A DNA stretch of 63,998 nt, counting the filler, from Dimargaris cristalligena (taxonomy: Eukaryota): the NCBI GenBank assembly GCA_003614675.1. It is 3 parts of 3 records of this genome, joined end to end, with 100 filler letters (N's around TTAATTAATTAA, not from the genome) between each part and the next. Parts side by side here need not be neighbours in the genome. Positions count along the whole stretch, not along the records: positions 22,141 to 44,161 come from ML002645.1; 2 more parts are not named here. One strand, written 5' to 3'. A program made the position numbers and the translations under genes. The notes below the pieces were generated by a model. That model was not told the origin of the DNA, made no database searches, and saw nothing but the letters and a program-made list of their open reading frames with translations. Below are positions 24,072 to 35,049 of this stretch, one piece after another (the first letter of the stretch is position 1; each line of letters opens with the position of its first letter).

Positions 24072-25648
24072 ATTGTTTCACGATTGATAACAACGAAATA
24101 ACACCGTCGCTGATCTCCCCCTCCATCGTCTTCCACTCTACCTTAATTGTGTACTATTATTGTGCTTATATCGACTTCGTATACCATTTCCTCCCCCTCA
24201 CTCATCCTATCCCCTAGACTAGATTGATTTATTTTTATATTATATATATATATATATATATTCCACTCAAACTCAGCTTAGGTGGCTGTTGTTGTATTTT
24301 TTTTTGGAATTTAGCGTGTTTTCGGCACCACCCCTCTCCTATATTGTTTGTATACTTCTCACTTTATTTTTATCTCTTGATCTTACCTTGTATTTCCCCT
24401 CCCCTACTCCTCTATGGCCATTGCTAAGTCGTTTTGAGGAGCCGTGGTTCTTTATATATATATATATATATATAGTTCTAGGTTGTTATCTTTATGGATG
24501 TTCCTTTGGCCCGATTCTATTAGCCGAAGGATTGTTTGTTTTACCATATATTTATATTCCCTCTATATATTTATGATGATGATTTTTGGCCATTGCAGTT
24601 GTACACCCCGGGTGAACTATACCTTGTTTTACTATCGTTTCAATATCCTCCTCCCCCCACACTACCACCCACCCCTTAAACGGATCGCACCACGTCTCAG
24701 TCTTCGGTCATTTTCGATGAATCGGAGTTTTGGTCTTCACTTGAGACTGTCTGGATCATGATGAGAAGGTGAGGAGAGCCCCTTGATCTCCTTGTAAACC
24801 TACCCGTTTATTGCTAAGGTTGGCCTCCCCCCTCCAAACCTTGTATCTCTTTACATCGTTGAGGGAGGATGATCTATAACTTACATCTAGTCGAACAGTC
24901 GAAACCCCCCACTCTCACATCCCATCCGTACACCCCATGTACATTATCTACCATGATTACTACCGCCATTATCTTTGTATCACAGCCTCTTTTTTATAAC
25001 CCTTCCAGTCATTTTATAGCCCGCTCGCCTTTATGACCTTATCTCTCTCCCCCTCTTATTATACACTAGTATAGTACCCCTTATTATAATATATAGTCTC
25101 CATTTTAACTAGATCCGCCCCATTTTTGATCCAATAAACCTATACTGTATTCCTACCCAACCCTTTTGCCCTGCCATTGACATTTTGGACTAAGTTTCAT
25201 TTAAATGTATTAATTGTACGTTGGTCGTTTCCGTCGGCAATTCTTTTATTGGAGGGGGGCATAAACAAGTGGCGAACAAGACGCGCGGGGGTTTGACAGG
25301 TTGTAAGGGGTGTATGTGTGTGTGCTTGTGACCCTTGTCAAATGAAATTGGAGGAGGATTGTCCGCAAGGGCCCAATGTCAATGGGGGGTGGAAGGAGAG
25401 AACAACGGATGATGATGGGTCAATGAAATCATCAATGGAGAAATGTAAAAAATAGGCAGGCCTTCTTCACATTTAAAAGTGGGAGGGGGTGCCCAATAGG
25501 TTTGTCGTGTTTCCTTTTTGAAAGTTCAATTGCGCTCTTCCAATGAGGGATGGAGAATGTGAAAGGTGATTATGTCGGATCAACCCCATATAATTTCGCT
25601 TGTCTATAATATGGATTGATTTAAACATGCATAAATAATATAGAAGGG

Positions 25649-25680
<32 letters not shown>

Positions 25681-28367
25681 CTTTATGTTTATATGTATAC
25701 GCCCTACACAGACACAGATACTGACATAGTCACACATGTATCGAGAGAGAGACTGACCTTATATATTCATTTACTTACTTTTCCACGCATCCCCCACACA
25801 TCATCATATGATCCGTACTGTCCAACCCTGGCCATATAGCCGTTTCATATTTCCATGCCCTTCATTATCCCTTCTTCCCTGACCAAGATAGATTGAGATA
25901 CCAAAGTAGATATCATTCGAAGGGTGTGTGGTTCATCCAACCACGCACACGAGCACGCGGGAGTGTGTATGGTCTTTTAAATGTGGAAGACCGTCCCCCT
26001 TAGTCCCTTCACGATAACGAGAAATCAGCCCGGCACCCCCCCCCCCAAAAAAAAAGAGGCTGGTTCGAATGATCTCATGCATTATTCTAACCTAGGCATC
26101 GTTCAAAGTGGAAATGTTGGTTTGGGTAATGAAGAGGGTGGGTATGTATTTACCACCACCCGATTTGAGGGCTTCACCCAACTATCGGGACGGGGATTGA
26201 AAAGGCTGACGGACGGACGGGGGGTTACCGGAATTGGTCAGAATACGTAAGGATATGTCACGACGGGCTTCCCCGATGGGTCCACCCCCCTACTCCTATT
26301 TAAATCACTAAGGATGATCTGGCGGATCCCGAAGAATTCCAATTAAACAAACATACCTAGCCCGATTCTCCACCGAATATTTCACTATTATTTGGCTGGT
26401 TCTTTCGAGGGGTACCCGTCAGTGTCCCTTGTTATTGTTTATTATTATTTTAAAAAAACGGGGGAGGGGGGTGATTCCGTGATAAAGCGGGTGTAATGAT
26501 TTGATGGATTGTCTGAAATCAAAATTATTTCGGCTCAGGGGGTTTAATGAGCTGAGAAAATGACCTTGACGGATCCGACTGCCCCCAACTTCTCACCTGA
26601 TATCAATAGAGGCGGTGGGTGGGACATTCCCTCCCCCCTCCCTTAGGACATGTGTTGTGGTGAGAATGGACATGGTCAGCCCGTTTTATTCCAAGTGGAA
26701 TAGCCGTACGCAGCGTACTATTCATTCGGTAGTTCACTACAGGTAATTTACAACCGGACCAATGCTTTCAAAATGGAGGGGGGGGGGTATGTTGATGAAA
26801 GTCCCATATAATAATTGAATAGATCCCGGAGATTAATAGTGTAGTAGGTGAGCGGGAAGGTGTCCAAAAGGGGTGGAGGTGCGGAGTGAGGAGGTAAATA
26901 CCCTAGAATGATGCTAACCTGACTGGATGTGAATGCGGAGTATACTTACAGAAAAGATCAACCACATTACCTACCTTGGGAGGATTTTTAATGAAGGTAC
27001 TAGTGTCGCAATGGTGGGGTTATGATGAACCACGTCAGGTGAGTTGGTGAGAGTGTATATATTAAGGATTTTAGTAGGTACTGGGTTTCGGATCAACTTT
27101 GGCGGATAATTCTGTAAGAATTCGCCTCCTCTTCACCGCGGTCGGTTTATGGGTTAGCGGAAGACCAGTTTGAATTGGGGTTAAAATTATTAAATGAAAT
27201 ACTGCAGTAAAACGCTTGGCTGCGCCCAGTTGGCCAAACGAAAGTGGTCCTACTATGCTATAAGCTCACTGATTTCTAACACCATCGTAACGACCAAATG
27301 AAACATGAAGAATAGCACGAATCGCCTTTATCGCAGTTCCCATGGAGGCAAAGTCTGCGACTGATCCTCCACCTACTCCAAAAAGGAGGGTTCTTGACAG
27401 GGTTAATCAGTTCCCTTCTTACCTCATGCATTACGATTGTTTGTAGGTTTGTGTTGGGGAAGAAGGGGGGAGTGGAGAAAGTGAATTTTGGGGTATCCCG
27501 ACTGAGTCGAACAATAATATCAACGGTAATTAGCGGATCATAGTTTAACAATAGATCATATCCACAGGATTTACGAGAGTCTGGTAAATAGTAGTAGTGA
27601 CGACCCAGCCGAACCGGAACGATGACAAGGAAGTGGTTGACGAACACTCTGGACCGATCAGCCGGGGTATACCATGGGGTTTATCCCTGATCCGAAGCTA
27701 CTTTGGCACAGCTACGAATGATCCAGATACTGCCAAATATGAAGCAATTCGGACATGCTGCGTTCACCACTGATCGTCTAGTTAAATAGGGTATTAGTTC
27801 AATATAGCCCCCCCCCCCCACGTTTCTGATTTGGGGAATAATAAATCCAAGAACAAGCCAGCATAATGTTTATGTAATCAGTAAAATCCGAATCTAGACC
27901 GAAATACCTGCATATATCGCCACGCTAACCTAATTAGTGAGTAATCCGGGTTATTCAAATCATTGACTGTATACCGTCTCCCCTAGCCATTTTCCAATGA
28001 TCCGGGAGATAAACCACATTTGAAAATCAGGCATTTAATGTGGCGGCAGAGCAAGGTAATGAACGAATGGGCTAACTATGCCATCCCTCCCAGATTAATG
28101 GCATTGGGTTTTGACAATTCTATTATATATTAAATAATAAACTGATTTATATGACACGAAACCTAGGTTGTAAGCATTTATTATCGAAGACCTGAATAGA
28201 AAGAGGGAGAGTGAGATAGAGCGAAAGGTCCATAACTAATAGATTATATAGCTTCACCCCCGGCCATTGTGAGAGCTGATCAATGGTGCACACGGACAGC
28301 GTGGTTAAACACATAATAACTCGCCAAAAAGAGGGGTGCAAGTGGAGAGGGTGGCCTATTTGACCGC

Positions 28368-30360
28368 TTATTCCCATTCAATAGTACTCGGGGGCTTCGA
28401 ACTGACGTCGTACACGACCCGGTTCACGCCCTTGACTTCATTGATGATGCGGTTACTGATCCGTTTCAGGACGTCATAGGGCATGGGGAACCAATCGGCG
28501 GTCATGAAATCGGTACTTTCGACGGCGCGCAGGGCAATGACCTGTTCATAAGTCCGTTTATCACCCATGACGCCGACGGACCGGATGGGCAATAAGGCGG
28601 CGTAAGCCTGGGAAATCGAGCGGTACAGACCGGCTTTCTTGATTTCTTCGATATAAATGTGGTCGGCCAAACGGGCGATTTGCACCTGGGGACGGGATAC
28701 TTCGCCGAGGCACCGGATGGCGATACCTGGGCCGGGGAAGGGATGGCGCCACACCAACTCGTCGTCGATGTTGAGGAGTTTGCCCAACGCACGGACTTCG
28801 TCCTTGAAGAGTTCGCGGAGGGGTTCGATGAGTTTGAGGCGCATGTTTTCGAGAAGACCGCCGACGTTGTGGTGGGTTTTGATGGTGGCGGAGGGACCCT
28901 TGAAGGAAATGGACTCAATCACGTCGGGGTACAGGGTGCCCTGGAGCAAAAAGTCGATTTTACCGTGACCGGACAATTCGCTTTGTTTGTCAATGATGGC
29001 GGCCTGGTCCTCGAAGACTTCAATGAAGGTGTTGCCGATGATCTTACGCTTCTTTTCGGGGTCAGTGACCCCGGCCAAGCGGTCCAGGAAGAGGTCACTG
29101 GCGTCGACTACTTCGAGGTTGATACCCAGGCGGTCCTTGAGGATGGCCTTGACGCTCTGGCATTCGTTGAGGCGCATGACACCGTTGTCAACCAGGACAG
29201 CGTGGAAGCGGTCCCCGATGGCCTCCTTCATGAGGCGGGCGGCGACGGTGCTGTCGACGCCTCCACTGACGGCACCGACGACCTGACCGGTGGGGCCCAC
29301 GACGGCCCGGATGCGCTCGATTTCCTTGTCAATAAACGAAGCCATAGTCCAGTTCGCCTCGCACTCACAGATGCCCAGGACGAAGTTACGCAGGACCTGT
29401 TTGCCATCCACGCTGTGGGTGACTTCGGGGTGGAACTGGATACCGAAGATCTTGGCGTCATCGTGACCCACGGCGGCGTAGGCGGAGGTGTCGGTGGAGC
29501 CGATGATGCGGAAGCCGGCGGGGGCACTGTCCAAGTGGTCGCCGTGGCTCATCCACACCTCGCTGGTCTCGGGGAGGCCTTCGAACAGCTTGTCCACAAA
29601 AGGGTGCTCGGCGTGACGCACGATGTTCAGCTTGGCGTAGCCGTATTCGCGGCGTTCGCAAATGCCGATTTTGCCGCCCTTGTTGCGGGCAATTTCCTGC
29701 AGGCCGTAGCAGATGCCCAGCACGGGCACGCCGAGCTGGAAGACCTTGGGGTCGACGTGGGGGGCACCCTCATCGAAGATGGAGTAGGGGCTACCCGACA
29801 GAATAATACCTGAAGGGGAGTGGTGGTGAAAGGATATTATTACATGGTTAGGTTAGTTAGGATTGCCATGGGTGGATCAGTTGCAGTCGGAGCCGGTTAA
29901 TATTAGGGGGAAATGGAGTGTAATTATAATAATAATGGCTTTTCATGCCCTGTGGATTTCCCTATTTTTAGGGCTAGTGATATCCCAGGGCAGAACTATA
30001 TATATAATGATAGGGGTGAAGTTCAGCTCGGCTGTATAAGGTTTTAACTGATATGTGTATGGGAAAATCGGTGGGATATGTATTTTCACCTAATCGTATT
30101 GAATTTGCCTTATCAAAAGGATTTTTTGTTATACAGCCTGGTTGAACTACTCCCATATGTATTATCGGCTTATGAGAAGAAACAGTGTGCTTACCCTTGG
30201 GCTTGAAGTGCAGGTCGTCGATTTTCTGGGTGCAGGGCAGCAGCTCACAGTAGACACCGGCCTCGCGAACGCGACGGGTGATGAGATGGGAGTACTGGGA
30301 GCCGAAGTCCAGAATCAGGACGGTGTCGTAGAGAAGGTGAACCTCGGTGACGGTATCCAT
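28368..30360 (-). CDS. GUA1: GMP synthase (glutamine-hydrolysing); exons 30360-30195 and 29809-28368, about 535 aa
   Basis: '[18 protein letters not shown]', '[10 protein letters not shown]', 'LGICYGLQ', 'QFHPEV', 'SGGVDS', '[10 protein letters not shown]' and C-terminal 'KPPSTIEWE'. Confidence 0.97.
30011..30157 (+). mobile_element. MITE family copy 4, inside the GMP synthase intron
   Basis: TAGGGGTGAAGTTCAGCTCGGCTGTATAAGG ... TTATACAGCCTGGTTGAACTACTCCCATA. Confidence 0.85.
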
Positions 30361-31632
30361 GCTGCAGGGAGATCGGTTAATTGGGAGGAAATGGGGTTCT
30401 TATAGAGAGAGGGTCGCAGTTGGAGGACTCGACCGAGAGATAAATTGAATTGAATTGAATTGAATCGGAAGTATAAGCGGATATAGTACAAGCAAGTCAA
30501 CTCTCTCTGCGAGGACCTGGCCCTGGCAACTATAAAGTAATAGTCACAAGTTTTTTTTACCATAGTCCTATTTTTTTTCTGTGTATAGTTTTAGCTGAAT
30601 GATGATGGTAGTAAATAGTGTACAACCCGCCCAGGTCTTATCGATGCCCACGGCTGTAAGCCAATAGCAATTGAAACAGTTGATGATTGATATGTGGAAT
30701 AGAGAGGGTTATAAGGTTGATAACGACAATAGTCACGCTGTGTGGGCCACAGTAGCCGTAGACTGTGGAGGAAGGAGGAAAAAAAGCAGCCATTAGTGGA
30801 CATGGTTGGTCGAATCGAATGCGCGTATTGCCGCCATTGGTTCGTTCGGCCGTAGGTCAACAACGGGGAGAGAGAGGCTTGGGCAGAGCCATGATGTGCC
30901 GCCCTTAAATAGAGCGAGATGGTGTTAGGTATATTAATTATATCGTAGAGGGCATATTGCTTCGGTTGTTGTTGGGGGGAAGCGCACAGCACAACTGAAC
31001 CTCCAGTATACTATTGTCCTTAAAACTGTCTAACAGGCGGTCTAAAAATAGGGTATATAAGTTATATTATATATACATTCTGATCGAGGCTCTAGGGCTA
31101 TAGGAGTTTTGTCAGTGAACCTATCAATTTCTGCATGATCCCCACACACCAACCGGATTTACCCCAAACTCGGCTTGACGAGTGGTGCTCGTTTCAAATA
31201 TCAATGAAGCCGAAACACTACAGCAACCCGTTACCTTGGGCGAGAGGGAACGGGTATATCGGGTTGGGGCAATGGAAGTCGTCGGATGAAACCGCCGGGA
31301 ACACTATTGCTTCCAGCTGTGGCAACGAGGAGGGGATATATATAGATTATGACAGAGAGGGGGGATTCTCCTCCTCTTGCAGAGGATACATGTAGAGAGT
31401 GTATTTCGGTAGTCAGGTGAGCGGATGAAACGTCCCAAAGAAGAGAAAACACCCTTGCCGGCTCGTTCTCGGAAATAGCCGACCGAGGCGTGGCACACGC
31501 CATAAACCGCATGGACTTCATATCCGGTAAGGGATACCAGAAGGGCTAGTTAGATTGGGTTCGCCCGGACTATAAGTGCTAAATCACTCCACCTGTTAAT
31601 ACCACCACCAAGCAACAGATCCGTTAAATCGC

Positions 31633-31711
31633 ACCAATATCCAGTACCCTGTTGCTTCTCCGACCATTTACCAATACCCAGTACCCTGTTGCTTCTCCAA
31701 CCATTTACCAA
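31633..31711 (+). repeat. Tandem duplication of a 37-bp unit (2 copies)
   Basis: ACCAATAYCCAGTACCCTGTTGCTTCTCCRACCATTT starting at 31633 and at 31670. Confidence 0.9.
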
Positions 31712-32387
31712 CATCTGGGCATGGAAAATGGAGCGCCTCTAAGCCGTCTCCTCCGCTTACCCCAAAAGGCCGGGTGGTGGTTATGGGGGTGGACTGTTAA
31801 ATTAGGTATATGGATGCGAATGGGGCCAATCCTCTCTTCTTCCAGGAGGACTGTTGTAAATAGCCCAAGTGTTTCAAAAAGGAGGAGGGTGGTCATCCGA
31901 CTGACCCTCCCTCATATGGCTCGGATGTAGTTGGTGGGGCCGGCAGCGAAGTGCCAGTCACAGCAGCACCTGGTATTATTTATTACTCGACTTGCCGGCT
32001 GCAGAGTGGAGAATTGGCTATAGGGCGAATAGCAGTATAGTACAATTAGATACAAGAGCCCGGGCCAATAATCATCCGACGTTTAATCTGGAAAAATAAG
32101 AGAGTCATCATTAGGGCCTAAAGGAGAGATTAATCATTAGCCGGCAAATAAGACTAGTGTAGCCAAGCGGGGGAAAACCCCAAGTCTCTTTGTTCCACTC
32201 CCACTCTACTTATCGTTTTTCTGTGCCACCGAGTTTTCCCTGACGTGGGCGAATCTTCCTTCCTTTTTGGTGAATCTCCTCATCTGCTGCCGCTCCATTT
32301 CCCGGAACAGACTCCCCATTCCCCACAGCCCGGGCCGTATAGTTTAGTTTAGTTTAGTTAGTATTCACCACCCCCTTCTAAACCTCA

Positions 32388-32459
32388 CCCAAAACCACCC
32401 CCTCCTAACCCTCTAACCCAAAACCACCCCCTCCTAACCCTCTAACCCAAAACCACCCC
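32388..32459 (+). repeat. Tandem 29-bp repeat (about 2.5 copies) containing TAACCC, just upstream of the ALT start codon
   Basis: CCCAAAACCACCCCCTCCTAACCCTCTAA repeated. Confidence 0.88.
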
Positions 32460-32470
32460 ACTCCCCCACA

Positions 32471-35049
32471 ATGCTCAGTCGGTTTACAGTCTCTGTGCGC
32501 CCTCGGCGCTTAGCCGCCCCTGTCCACCACCACTCCCGCTGGCCTTTATATTCCCGGTCCGCCGCTGCCTTCCCGCTGCTGCCGCTATTATCCCCTTCTT
32601 CTTCTACCTCCTCCCTCCTTCGCCCGTCCGTTGTTCCTACCCGTGCCTTCCACCCCTCCCCCTTCGCTTCCAAGTCCAAGTCTAAGTCATCTTCGACCGG
32701 TCCCTTCAACACTGCCAAGTCAAATATGGCCTCCACCGCCGCTCCTTCTATCGAAACCCCCCCGTCGTCGAAGGTTCTGACCATCGACTCTATCAACCTC
32801 CGTATCCGCAACGTCGAGTACGCCGTGCGTGGTGAGTTGGCTATTCGCGCCGAGGAACTCAAAGCGGTATGTATTTGTATTTATCATCATCATCGTCATT
32901 CCATTCGGTTTATCAATCGGCGCTCGGTCAGGGGCGGTATGGAATATACACATGTACGTCCGGGGCTGGGCCATATGCTGCTTTACCCCCGATATAGATT
33001 ATTAACCCCACCTTCGCTTGGTATAATCCTTTTACGCCATCGCCATGCCCCTTATCTGGCCCCGCTCACCAGCGCATTGAAAAGGGCGACAAGACCGTCA
33101 AGTGCAAGAACATTGTCAACTGTAACATCGGCAACCCCCAGCAGCTCAAGCAGCAGCCCATCACCTTTTTCCGACAGGTAATAACCATTCCTTGATTGTT
33201 CATTGGGGCAGCTGCTTCTCTTAATCGTCGCTCCCCTTTCGGATCATCACCCCACCACTACCTTTAAGAGTGGTGTGCACCTCGACTATGGCTTGGATCA
33301 CACCATTTCCGAACTCTTTAACGATTTTCCGGCCCTGCAATTGCCCCAATCTACCCTTTATGAACAGCCCTGATATACCGGCCCATTCGACTTGTGCGAC
33401 CTTTCCACCCAAAGGAAGAATGGGTGGTTTTTTGATGGTGCTACCGGTCTACTGACCTCGGTGTTCCCCGAGTAGATGATGTTCCGTAAAAGGGGGGAGC
33501 TGTCCCTATATACCATATATTTTCCCATTGAATTGCCGTTTTGTGCATAAGGAAATGCCTACCCCTACCCATTCTACCCCCAACCAATATACCCCCTCCC
33601 CACGTACACATTTCCTTAGTCTGGGATTACCAAATGCAGGGTCTTGTACATTCATTAATCGGTCCCTCTAACCCTCTAACTAACCCCCTTTTTCACAATT
33701 CTTACCAACCCTTCCCATCCTAACCCTCTAACCATTTGATTCTCCGACCCTATTCCCATACCATATACCCTTCTTCTCCTACTTAACCTAGGTGGCCGCG
33801 CTTACCGAATATCCCGAGCTACTCGACCCCAAACATGCCGACAAAGTAACCCCGCTGTTCCCCGCCGACGCCGTGGAACGCGCCCGAGAGATCCTGAACA
33901 GTGCCGGTGGAGCCATCGGCGCCTACAGCCACTCCCAGGGCATCCGGGCCATCCGGGATCACGTGGCCCAATTCATCGAAGCCCGCGATGGCTTCCCGGC
34001 CGACCCCAACCTTCTGTATCTGACGGCCGGCGCTTCCTCCGGTGTCCAGCAAATCCTCCAGCTGCTGATTAGCCACCCCAACGTAGGGGTGATGATCCCC
34101 ATCCCGCAGTACCCGCTCTACACCGCCAGTCTGGCCCTCAACAACTGCCACGCCGTACCCTACTACTTGGACGAAGCCCGGGAATGGTGCATGGACCTGA
34201 AGGAACTCGAGCAATCCCTCACCGAAGCCCGCGACCGAGGCGTCGAAGTCCGGGCCCTAGTCATCATCAACCCCGGTAACCCCACGGGCCAATCCCTGAC
34301 CTGGAACAACATGGCCGAAGTCGTGGAATTCTGCCACCGCCATAAGCTGGTCCTCCTCGCCGACGAAGTCTACCAAACCAACATCTACCTCCCTGAAACC
34401 CGCCCGTTCCACTCTTTCAAAAAAGTCCTGCGGTCCGCGAAGGACCCGGCCATTCGCGATGGCCTCGAGCTCGTCTCGTTCCACTCCATCTCCAAGGGCG
34501 TGGTCGGTGAATGCGGCCGGCGCGGCGGCTATTTTGAATGCACCAATTTGGACCCTTTGGTCCTTGAACAAATCTACAAGATGGCCTCCGTCAACCTCTG
34601 CCCCAACGTCCAGGGCCAGATTTTGGTGGACCTCATGGTCAAGCCGCCCCAACCGGGTAGTGCCTCTTACCCGCTTTACCAATCGGAAACCCAAGGCATC
34701 TACGAAAGCCTGAAACGGCGTAGCGTGCGGCTCCATACCGCGTTCAACTCCATGGAAGGGTTCAGCTGTAACCCGGCGGAAGGAGCCATGTACCTGTTCC
34801 CCTCCATCACTCTGTCGCCCAAGGCTATCGCCGCCGCTGAAGCGGCCGGTAAAAACCCCGACGACTTCTACTGCTTGGCTATGCTCGACGCTACCGGTGT
34901 GTGCGTCATCCCCGGTTCCGGGTTCGGCCAAAAGCCGGGCACTATCCACTTCCGGTCCACTTTCCTGCCCCCCCGAAAATCTGTTCGATAGTTTCATTGC
35001 GGATTTGAAGAAGTTCCATTGCGAGTTTATGGATAAGTACCGGGATTAG
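32471..35049 (+). CDS. ALT1: Alanine aminotransferase (PLP, class I/II); exons 32471-32866, 33073-33177, 33792-35049, with an apparent +1 frameshift at 34968-34974
   Basis: 'VEYAVRGEL', 'NIGNPQQLKQQPITFFRQV', 'GAYSHSQGI', 'INPGNPTGQ', 'ADEVYQTN', 'SFHSISKG..GECGRRGGY', 'HFRSTFLPP'. The expected C-terminus 'ENLFDSFIADLKKFHCEFMDKYRD*' lies in the +1 frame. Confidence 0.95.

Noticed and set aside
28659..29813. 384-aa plus-strand ORF
   Set aside because: Antisense shadow of GMP synthase caused by strong codon bias; no independent motifs.
32388..32459. TAACCC repeats as a telomere
   Set aside because: Interstitial, embedded in a 29-bp unit directly before a start codon; not a pure terminal array.
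34257..34997. 246-aa minus-strand ORF, and similar antisense ORFs over MEX67, RSC7, QDPR and the MFS gene
   Set aside because: Antisense or alternate-frame shadows of GC-rich real genes.
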